From the NCBI GenBank assembly GCA_013003245.1, contig JABDJX010000103.1, forward strand, positions 1 to 47,381: 47,381 nt of DNA. The letters are read 5' to 3'. Shown here in pieces: positions 27,349 to 35,038 of this stretch. Position 1 is the stretch's first letter. Each line of letters begins with the position of its first letter. Under the pieces are notes generated by a model that saw only the letters and a program-made list of their open reading frames with translations, was not told the DNA's origin and searched no databases. Origin of the DNA: Silicimonas sp. (GTDB lineage: Bacteria > Pseudomonadota > Alphaproteobacteria > Rhodobacterales > Rhodobacteraceae). The translations under genes and the position numbers were made by a program.

Positions 27349-28842
27349 ATGTGCAGACTGTGCGATCCGCAAAAGCCTCAAGTGCCCTGCCCGATAAACA
27401 TGAGTGCGCAGGCCGGCGCCGATGCCAAGACCTTGGCGCTGACCGGAACAGCAGAAGCTCAAAAGGCCGCCGCCGCAAGTCTGCCCAAGGGGCTGGGAAC
27501 GCCTGGTCGCCAAGTCCTGATCAAAGGCGGCGCTGTCTTGTCGATGGATGACAAAGTTGGGAATTTCGCGGTTGGCGATGTGCTGATTGATGGCGGCAAA
27601 ATCGCAGCGGTTGGCAGCGATATTGACGCGCCGGACGCCGAAGTGATCAATGCAGCGGGCAAGATTGTCATGCCGGGCTTTGTTGACACGCATCACCACC
27701 AGTTTGAGACCGCCCTGCGCAGTCAGTTGTCCAATGCAATTTTGATTAATGACGGTCGACCCTCCAGTGTCTCCAACTACTACGAGACGATGCTGCAAGG
27801 ATTCTCGATGGTGTATCGGCCTGAAGACGTTTACATCAATGAACTTTTCGGAGGCATCTCTCAGTTGGACGCAGGCGTGACAACAGTTATGGACGTCAGC
27901 CAAATCCACCACTCGCCAGAACATTCGGACGCGGCCATCGAAGGACTTCGCGACGCCGGACGGAGGGGCGTATTCGGCTATTTCGAAGGCTGGGGCGACC
28001 ACGCGAAATACCCTGCGGATGCGGCCCGAATCAAAGATCAATACTTCGCCTCGGATGATCAGCTGACAACTATGGTCATGGGCGGAGAGATTTATCTGCC
28101 CGGCTACGAGGAAGCCTGGAAAGTCGGGCGCGAACTGGGCCTGCCGATTGCCTTGCACGTCGTCGGCACCTTTGGCATGCAGGAAACCTTTGACCAGTTA
28201 GCCACATCGGGCATGTTCGGAGATGACAATATCTTTATCCACATGACCGGCATGTCGGAAGAGGCTTGGAAGCACGCCGCAGATGCAGGATCACACGTCT
28301 CGTTGTCAGTGCCGATCGAAATGCACATGCGCCACGGCACGCCACCCATCCAAAAGGCGCTTGATTTGGGCATGTCTACGTCGCTTTCAACAGACGTTGA
28401 GTGCACGATGACTGCCGATTTCTTCACCCAGATGCGTGCGATGGTCAGCCTGCAGCGCATGGTTGCAAATGAAAAGGCGCTTTCCGGCGAAGAATACCCC
28501 GAGTTGATGGAATGTATCCAAGCCATCGGCCACGCCACGATGGGTGGCGCCAAGGGTCTGCGGCTGGACCACAAGATTGGCTCACTCACCCCGGGAAAGG
28601 ACGCTGACATTATCTTGCTGGACGCCGAGGCAATGAACGTGGCACCGCTTAACAACGTGCCGGGCGCCGTTGTCACTTTGATGGAGCGGAGCAATGTCGA
28701 TACTGTCATGGTCGCAGGGGAGATCAAGAAATGGAAAGGTCAATTGCTTGGCTTTGACATTGCACGTTTGCGCAGCGAATTGGAAAACAGCCGCAACTTC
28801 ATATTTGAAGCCGCAAAAATCGATCGCGACCTGTTCGCCTGA
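27349..28842 (+). CDS. amidohydrolase superfamily metallo-hydrolase (Amidohydro_1 type), substrate unknown
   Basis: 497 aa. AGGAGGA Shine-Dalgarno 9 nt upstream. HxH motif in PGFVDTHHHQFE. Later HV/HM motifs and a C-terminal GSLTPGKDADIILLD motif. Confidence 0.8.
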   Translation: MCRLCDPQKPQVPCPINMSAQAGADAKTLALTGTAEAQKAAAASLPKGLGTPGRQVLIKGGAVLSMDDKVGNFAVGDVLIDGGKIAAVGSDIDAPDAEVINAAGKIVMPGFVDTHHHQFETALRSQLSNAILINDGRPSSVSNYYETMLQGFSMVYRPEDVYINELFGGISQLDAGVTTVMDVSQIHHSPEHSDAAIEGLRDAGRRGVFGYFEGWGDHAKYPADAARIKDQYFASDDQLTTMVMGGEIYLPGYEEAWKVGRELGLPIALHVVGTFGMQETFDQLATSGMFGDDNIFIHMTGMSEEAWKHAADAGSHVSLSVPIEMHMRHGTPPIQKALDLGMSTSLSTDVECTMTADFFTQMRAMVSLQRMVANEKALSGEEYPELMECIQAIGHATMGGAKGLRLDHKIGSLTPGKDADIILLDAEAMNVAPLNNVPGAVVTLMERSNVDTVMVAGEIKKWKGQLLGFDIARLRSELENSRNFIFEAAKIDRDLFA

Positions 28843-28866
28843 AAAGTATCTCGAAAGGAGTGAGCC

Positions 28867-29727
28867 ATGGCCCAACTTGTTGCTACCCTCGCCTCAACCC
28901 ACCATCCATTCTACCTTAAGGCAACTACAATGCCGCCCGAGCAGCAGATGCCGCAAGCGCCGGAATGGAAACGCAAGATTGAGGCCTATCGCGAGACGCT
29001 GGAGCGGACCAAGCCGGATATCCTTGTAATGATCGGCTCGGACCACTTTCATCAGATATTTCTGGACAACTGCCCGCAATTTCTGATCGGTAAGGCTCCG
29101 CGGTATGATGCGACATTCTACAATGAAGAGCGTGAATTCGGGCTGCCCAAATATGTGCTTGAAGGTCACGAAGACATGTCAAACTTCATGCACCAGAATT
29201 TGCTGGATCAGGACTTTGACTTTGCCTTTTCCAACGAGTTGAAAATCGACCACTCGATCATTTGCCCGATTATAACAGTGCGTCCAGATAACGACCTACC
29301 GGTCGTGCCGATCTACACCAACATCTTCGCCCCGCCCCTGCCTTCGCCGCTTCGTTTTTACAATTTGGGTCGCGCAATCCGCAAAGCCATCGACGCATAT
29401 CCATCGGACAAGCGCATCGCCGCAATTGGCACCGGGCATTTGTCGCTTGAGCTTGGCGGACCGCGGCAATTCATGGAAACAGGGCCAGATCCCGAGTTCG
29501 ACCACCAAGCCATCGAATGGCTCCGTAACGGAGACATTGACGCCATTTTGGACAATGTCGATCACGACTCCATGGCCAAAAGCGGCAACGCAACACACGG
29601 CTTTTTGAACTTTATCCTGATGCTTGGCGTGGCAGGACCCGAGGGCGCTGACTACGTTGACAACCTTGATCTGTTCCACACCATGGAAGCCTATTTCACA
29701 TGGTACCCCAAGGAGGTAGCGGCATGA
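28867..29727 (+). CDS. class III (LigB-type) extradiol dioxygenase catalytic subunit
   Basis: 286 aa: ASTHHP..., MIGSDHFH, KIDHS, AIGTGHLS, which form the LigB-family His-rich pattern. Confidence 0.85.
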   Translation: MAQLVATLASTHHPFYLKATTMPPEQQMPQAPEWKRKIEAYRETLERTKPDILVMIGSDHFHQIFLDNCPQFLIGKAPRYDATFYNEEREFGLPKYVLEGHEDMSNFMHQNLLDQDFDFAFSNELKIDHSIICPIITVRPDNDLPVVPIYTNIFAPPLPSPLRFYNLGRAIRKAIDAYPSDKRIAAIGTGHLSLELGGPRQFMETGPDPEFDHQAIEWLRNGDIDAILDNVDHDSMAKSGNATHGFLNFILMLGVAGPEGADYVDNLDLFHTMEAYFTWYPKEVAA

Positions 29728-30089
29728 GCAAGTACTACGTCAACAAGTTCCTTTTCACCGTTGATCGTGACCCGGAATACCTCAAACGCTATACCGAAGA
29801 CCCGCGCAATTTTGTTGCCACTTGGGAGCAATCGATTGGTCCGCGTCTGAACGCTGCCGAAATGTCATCGGTTCACGGCTTTACGGATGCCGAACGAGAA
29901 GCATTGATAAACCACGACTATGTTGCACTGTTTGAGATGGGCGCGCATTTCTTTTTGAACCTGACGATCTTCATCGGCATTTACGATGAACCCTATATGA
30001 AAGAAGGGGGCCCGCTCGCGTTCCAAAAGGAATTTGCAGCAAAACTGCAGCATTGGAAGGGCAAAGACTATCCATCCGTCGCAACCTGA
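29724..30089 (+). CDS. LigA-domain small subunit of the LigB-type dioxygenase
   Basis: The ATG at 29724 overlaps the LigB stop (ATGA) and gives 121 aa: MSKYYVNKFLFTVDRDPEYLKRYTEDPRNF...TDAEREALINHDY..FEMGAHFF. This resembles the LigA/C-terminal domain of DesB/GalA. Confidence 0.75.
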   Translation: MSKYYVNKFLFTVDRDPEYLKRYTEDPRNFVATWEQSIGPRLNAAEMSSVHGFTDAEREALINHDYVALFEMGAHFFLNLTIFIGIYDEPYMKEGGPLAFQKEFAAKLQHWKGKDYPSVAT

Positions 30090-30136
30090 CCACTGCAAAA
30101 CAACCTCGCTCCTGCTGCTGAAAGGTACCCCATCTA

Positions 30137-31159
30137 ATGCTTTTTCCAACGTCTCTAGTCGGCAGTTATTGCCAACCTGACTGGCTGATCAACCGCGCTA
30201 AACTGGCAGGACAATACCCGCCGCGCACGCGCGCCAAAGAACTCTGGCGCATTGCACCCGAGTTCCTGAAAGAAGCCCAAGACGACGCCACGCGGATCGC
30301 GATCAGAGAGCAAGAAGAAGCGGGCTTGGATATCATTACAGATGGCGAAATCCGTCGCGAAAGCTACTCCAATCGGTTTGCAACAGCGCTGGACGGGTTG
30401 GATTTGAACAATCACGGCATGGTCAAAACGCGATCGGGCTCAATGGTGCCCGTACCACGCATTACAGGCAAAATCAGTCGCAAGGCAGCTGTCGAGGTCG
30501 AAGGCGTCAAATTCTTGAAGGCCCATACTGATCGTATGGTAAAAGTAACGCTTCCCGGTCCGTTTACGATGAGCCAGCAAGCCGTGAACGAACACTATCC
30601 CAACCTTGCCGAGGCAGCGATGGATTATGCCGCTGCGATCCGAGAAGAGATCGCTGAATTATTCGAGGCCGGCGCGGATGTGGTGCAATTGGACGAACCC
30701 TGGATGCAGGCACGCCCCGAGATTGCCGAGGACTATGGTCTGGACGCGCTTAACGCGGCTTTGGAAGGGGCGGCAGGCACCACGGCTGTGCACATCTGCT
30801 TTGGCTACGCCGCCATGACCAAAGATCGACCTGAAGGCTATTCCTTCCTTCCGCAATTCAAGGATTGTCATTGCAATCAGGTTAGCATCGAAACCGCGCA
30901 GTCAAATCTTGATACCTCCGTGCTTGAGCACTTGCGCTCCAAAAAGATCATTTTGGGCGTGCTGGACCTTAAAGACCCCAACGTCGAAAGCGCTGAGTTG
31001 GTGGCGTCTCGCATCCGGCGCGCTCTGCCGCACGTGGACGCCGAAAACGTGATTGTGGCTCCCGATTGCGGCTTGAAATACCTCCCACGAGATGTCGCCT
31101 TCGGAAAGATGAAGGCAATGGCTGATGGTGCCGCGATAGTACGATCTGAGATGTCTTAG
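30137..31159 (+). CDS. core-MetE-like protein (cobalamin-independent methionine synthase C-terminal barrel only)
   Basis: 340 aa. Colinear with the MetE C-terminal domain, with all four Zn-ligand positions present: VHICFGY (H,C), VSIETAQS (E), VAPDCGLKY (C). Also DIITDGEIRRESY and VQLDEPW. Confidence 0.8.
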   Translation: MLFPTSLVGSYCQPDWLINRAKLAGQYPPRTRAKELWRIAPEFLKEAQDDATRIAIREQEEAGLDIITDGEIRRESYSNRFATALDGLDLNNHGMVKTRSGSMVPVPRITGKISRKAAVEVEGVKFLKAHTDRMVKVTLPGPFTMSQQAVNEHYPNLAEAAMDYAAAIREEIAELFEAGADVVQLDEPWMQARPEIAEDYGLDALNAALEGAAGTTAVHICFGYAAMTKDRPEGYSFLPQFKDCHCNQVSIETAQSNLDTSVLEHLRSKKIILGVLDLKDPNVESAELVASRIRRALPHVDAENVIVAPDCGLKYLPRDVAFGKMKAMADGAAIVRSEMS

Positions 31160-31202
31160 AGTACGCGTTCAGACGGATGAAGCCTCTCAGTAGCTTAGAC
31201 CG

Positions 31203-31213
31203 CTGTATACAAT
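31203..31213. promoter_or_regulatory. candidate GntR/FadR-type operator CTGTATACAAT (TGTATACA core palindrome)
   Basis: Read directly. Its exact inverted partner lies 61 bp downstream. Confidence 0.5.
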
Positions 31214-31263
31214 ATGTGTCAAATATCGGATCATGGCAGCGAAATGCCTTGATTGATTCCGAA

Positions 31264-31274
31264 ATTGTATACAG
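31264..31274. promoter_or_regulatory. second operator copy ATTGTATACAG
   Basis: Exact reverse complement of 31203-31213. It lies upstream of the GGGAG-N7-GTG start that I favour for the GntR gene. Confidence 0.5.
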
Positions 31275-31312
31275 TCTATCGAAATGCATTGCCAACATCT
31301 GGGAGACTAAAC

Positions 31313-32044
31313 GTGAAATCCACCGACCTAAGTCAACTTGAGCGCGCCCTTTTGGGCCTGCGCTCTTTGGTTTTGGGAGGTACGTTTTCCAAGGGTCAGC
31401 GCCTGTCTGAAGTGGCGGTTGCCAAGCAACTCGGCACATCGCGCACGCCCTTGCGGCAAGCGATGGACCGACTGGTAAGCGAAGGCTTGCTGGAACGGAT
31501 CGCAACCGGTGGGTGCCGGGTCGCAACGTTTACAACAAACGACATAGCAGACGCGATCGAAATCAGAGGCGTGATTGAAGGAACGGCCGCACGCGTGGCC
31601 GCCGAGCGTGGCGTTGACGTGGTCCTTCTTGACCGCGCCAATGCCACGCTTGATCAGATTGATCTGGCCATCAATGTCCCAAACGGCCAAACCTTTAATC
31701 AATACGTACAGCAGAATGCACGCTTTCACGATCTGCTTGCCGATTTCCCGGCAAGTCCGCTGATCAAACGGGAAATCGAGCGCATGAGCCTGTTGCCTCT
31801 TGCGTCGCCTTCGTCTTTTCTAAGCGATCAAGCGCTGATCCCTGATTTTCAGGAGTCTTTACGTCACGCTCAACGCCAGCACCGCGCGATCATGGAAGCG
31901 ATAACAAATCGCGAAGGCGCACGCGCCGAAGCGTTGACCCGCGAACACGCGCGTCTTGCACTCGTCAATTTCAACTACCTGACAGAACACCGACCAGAAT
32001 TGGCCAAAGTGGTTCCGGGCCTCGCTTTGGTTGCATCGAAATAG
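31313..32044 (+). CDS. GntR family transcriptional regulator, FadR subfamily (FCD domain)
   Basis: The track ORF starts at TTG 31253. I prefer GTG 31313, which is preceded by GGGAG at 31301-31305. wHTH: RLSEVAVAKQLGTSRTPLRQAMDRLVSEGLLERI. Confidence 0.8.
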   Translation: MKSTDLSQLERALLGLRSLVLGGTFSKGQRLSEVAVAKQLGTSRTPLRQAMDRLVSEGLLERIATGGCRVATFTTNDIADAIEIRGVIEGTAARVAAERGVDVVLLDRANATLDQIDLAINVPNGQTFNQYVQQNARFHDLLADFPASPLIKREIERMSLLPLASPSSFLSDQALIPDFQESLRHAQRQHRAIMEAITNREGARAEALTREHARLALVNFNYLTEHRPELAKVVPGLALVASK

Positions 32045-32061
32045 AACTTGGGGGGATAAAA

Positions 32062-33456
32062 ATGACAAATCTTAGCACCGTTATGGCACAGCACAGCAAT
32101 CCGGTAGAGATGCTGCGCAACTCGAAAATTGGGATGTACGTCTATCCCGTTGTCACGCCAGAATTCAGTAACTGGCGGGATGAGCAGCGCGCGTGGCGCG
32201 AAACAGCGGTATTGTTCGACCAAACGCACCATATGGACGAATTGATCGTAGAAGGCCCGCAGGCGACCGAGTTTCTCTCGCATCACGGCATCAACTCGTT
32301 CGCGAATTTTGATCTTAACCGAGCAAAGCACTTTGTGCCGGTTACCCCAAACGGGCATGTCATAGGCGATCACATCATCTTTCGAGAGCGCGAGGATAAG
32401 TACATTCTGGTCGGGCGCGCACCAACCTCGAACTGGATGATGTTCTGTGCGGCACACGGAAACTGGAATGTGCGCCTGCGCTATGATCCGCGCTCGCCCA
32501 GCAGGCCCGAAGGTGAGCGCGTAATGCGTGAACACTATCGTTTTCAGATACAAGGCCCCGATGCGCCTGCGATTTTTGAAAAAATGAACGGTGGACCTGT
32601 TCCAGACATCAAGTTCTTCCACGTTGATCAGATAAATATCGGCTCCAAAAAGGTAACGGCGCTGCGCCATGGCATGTCCGGCGCGCCGGGCCTGGAAGTT
32701 TGGGGTCCGTATAAGGACAAGGACTATATACACTCTACCATCCTTCAGGCGGCGCGGGATGCAGGCGTTGATTTGGTACAGTGCGGCAGCCGTGCCTATT
32801 CGACCAACACGCTGGAATCCGGCTGGATACCGTCTCCCCTGCCGGGCATTTATACGGGCGACGGGATGCTTGCCGACTATCGCGATTGGTTAGGCGCTGA
32901 CATGTACGAGGCCGCAGGCGCGATTGGTGGATCGTTTGTGTCGGACAATATCGAAGACTACTACGTCAACCCCTTTGAGTTGGGCTACGACTTTTACATC
33001 GGCTGGAAGAAAGACGATTTCGTCGGCAAAGCTGCACTTGAAAAGATGAAGGGCGGCACAAACCGGAAAAAGGTTACATTTGAGTGGAACCGCGAGGACG
33101 TCTTGAAAGTCATCGCATCATCATTCGAGCAAGGCACGCCTTACAAATGGATCGACTTCCCCCAGCCAAACTATGCATCTTCGTCGGCAGATATGGTGAT
33201 GCGTGACGATAAAATGGTTGGGATGAGCATGTTCAACGGATACAGCTTTAACGAACGCTGTGTTCTTAGCCTTGGCGTGGTGGCTCAGGGCGTGCAAGTT
33301 GGCGATATTCTCAGCCTTAAATGGGGCGAACCGGAACGCACCGGCAAAACCTCTACAGAGGCTCATAAACAGACGGACATCCGCGTCCGCGTGGCCGAAA
33401 CACCTTATGCGAAGGACGCACGCGAAAACTATGCAGACAGCTGGCGGACAAGGTAA
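32062..33456 (+). CDS. tetrahydrofolate-dependent aromatic O-demethylase, LigM/DesA family (GcvT fold)
   Basis: 464 aa with long colinear matches to Sphingobium SYK-6 LigM as I recall it: VEMLRNSKIGMYVYPVVTPEFSNWRDEQRAWRETAVLFDQTHHM, GSRAYSTNTLESGWIPSPLPGIYTGD, AGAIGGSFVSDNIEDYYVNPFELGY. Confidence 0.85.
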   Translation: MTNLSTVMAQHSNPVEMLRNSKIGMYVYPVVTPEFSNWRDEQRAWRETAVLFDQTHHMDELIVEGPQATEFLSHHGINSFANFDLNRAKHFVPVTPNGHVIGDHIIFREREDKYILVGRAPTSNWMMFCAAHGNWNVRLRYDPRSPSRPEGERVMREHYRFQIQGPDAPAIFEKMNGGPVPDIKFFHVDQINIGSKKVTALRHGMSGAPGLEVWGPYKDKDYIHSTILQAARDAGVDLVQCGSRAYSTNTLESGWIPSPLPGIYTGDGMLADYRDWLGADMYEAAGAIGGSFVSDNIEDYYVNPFELGYDFYIGWKKDDFVGKAALEKMKGGTNRKKVTFEWNREDVLKVIASSFEQGTPYKWIDFPQPNYASSSADMVMRDDKMVGMSMFNGYSFNERCVLSLGVVAQGVQVGDILSLKWGEPERTGKTSTEAHKQTDIRVRVAETPYAKDARENYADSWRTR

Positions 33457-33538
33457 ACACCGTCAATAACATAGGGCGGGCGATCCGACAGGCGCCGCGC
33501 CTAACAACCAAAAGTGTCGATTACTGGGAGGAAAAGAC

Positions 33539-34519
33539 ATGAAATTCAAAACACTACTGGCCGCATCGGTCATTGCTGCGACCGCCGGCATCTCCGCTGC
33601 GGCGCAAGAACTTAGCTTTGCAAACTTTACCCCGCCATTTCACACGGTGAACGCGTCTGTCATCGAAAAAATGAATGCGGATATCTCGGCCGCGACCAAT
33701 GGCGAGGTTACAGTGCGCGGCTATCATGGCGGTGAACTGGGCGCCGGACCGGTTGAGCAATATGTGCGCGTTGTCCAAGGCGTAGCTGACATTGCTTGGG
33801 GCTTGCCCGGATATACGTCGTCACAGTTTGAACAGACGATGATTGTCGAACTGCCCGGCACCTTGACCAATGAAGACGCGGGCTATGCCGCGATGTGGGC
33901 CGCGTATGACGAACACCTTGCAGGCGAATTTCCAGGCACCGTTCCGGTGGCGATGTGGACCTCAGAGCCCAACGTGTTCATCATGAAAGGCCATGTGATC
34001 CGCACGCCTGCTGATCTTGCTGGTCTTAAGGTGCGCGTTGCAGGGGCCACAGCCGCTGAGGTTGCCAGCGCACTTGGCGCAACACCTGTGCAAATGCCGA
34101 TCAACCAGGTTTACAACGCACTTCAGACCGGCCTGATAGACGGCGTCATCACCGGGTCATCGACATTGAATGACTTTAAACTGGACGAAGTCGCCGATAG
34201 CTACACCTTTGGTGCAAACCTGGGTCGGCTGTCGTTTTATGCTGTCATGAACGAAGGCGTCTACAACGGGCTAAGTGACGAGGCCAAGGCGGCATTGGAC
34301 AGCTCTTCGAACACGGCAATTTCCAAAAGTGCAGAAGACGCCTGGAATGCGACATCAGACGCAGGCGTAGCAACCGCCCGCGCTTTGGACGAAAACACAT
34401 TTATCGACCTGACCGAAGAAGAAGCAGCCGCTTTCGCCGAGGCAATCTCGGCTGTTACCGGGGCCTATGTAGATAACGTCGGCGGTGCCGCCACGCTGGC
34501 AGCGATGCAAGGCAACTAG
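33539..34519 (+). CDS. dctP: TRAP transporter substrate-binding protein (DctP family)
   Basis: 326 aa. Signal peptide MKFKTLLAASVIAATAGISAAAQ. Confidence 0.9.
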   Translation: MKFKTLLAASVIAATAGISAAAQELSFANFTPPFHTVNASVIEKMNADISAATNGEVTVRGYHGGELGAGPVEQYVRVVQGVADIAWGLPGYTSSQFEQTMIVELPGTLTNEDAGYAAMWAAYDEHLAGEFPGTVPVAMWTSEPNVFIMKGHVIRTPADLAGLKVRVAGATAAEVASALGATPVQMPINQVYNALQTGLIDGVITGSSTLNDFKLDEVADSYTFGANLGRLSFYAVMNEGVYNGLSDEAKAALDSSSNTAISKSAEDAWNATSDAGVATARALDENTFIDLTEEEAAAFAEAISAVTGAYVDNVGGAATLAAMQGN

Positions 34520-34525
34520 GCCAAC

Positions 34526-35038
34526 ATGCTTGCGCAGTTGCGCATTTGGGCGGACAGGCTCATCGGTCTGTCCGCAAACATCGGCGCCCTCGGCCTTTTG
34601 GTCGAGGTCGTTGTCATTTTGATCGATGTCGTGGGACGCGCCTTTGGCAGCCCGCTTTTTGGTAGCCAGGACATCATCACCATGGGAATGACGGTGCTGG
34701 TCTTCGGTGCCATGGCGATGTGCGATCGCAACGGCGGCCATATCGCAGTTGATCTGCTGGAACGGCGGTACCCGAGTTGGCTCAATCGCTGGATTGATAT
34801 CTGTGCCGCAGTACTGGGTGCGGTGATTTTTGCTTTCATTGCATGGGCGATCATCGACAGCGCGAAACTGAGTGTGATGCTGAATCTGTCTACCAACCTG
34901 CTGCGCCTGCCCAAAGCGTGGTTTCAGTGGGGTTTGGCCGGGTTCTCTGTACTCACCGCACTGGGGATGCTTTTGCGGGCCGCCGAACTTTTCTTGTCCG
35001 GCCGAGATGTTCGCGCAGAAAGGGCATCACCGGTATGA
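34526..35038 (+). CDS. dctQ: TRAP transporter small permease (DctQ family)
   Basis: 170-aa hydrophobic protein with an ATGA overlap with dctM. Confidence 0.85.
   Translation: MLAQLRIWADRLIGLSANIGALGLLVEVVVILIDVVGRAFGSPLFGSQDIITMGMTVLVFGAMAMCDRNGGHIAVDLLERRYPSWLNRWIDICAAVLGAVIFAFIAWAIIDSAKLSVMLNLSTNLLRLPKAWFQWGLAGFSVLTALGMLLRAAELFLSGRDVRAERASPV

Noticed and set aside
27331-28158. 275-aa minus-strand ORF
   Set aside because: It is antisense to the amidohydrolase gene, which has a strong Shine-Dalgarno and an HxH motif.
31975-32733. 252-aa minus-strand ORF
   Set aside because: It is antisense to the LigM-like demethylase, whose similarity to LigM is extensive.
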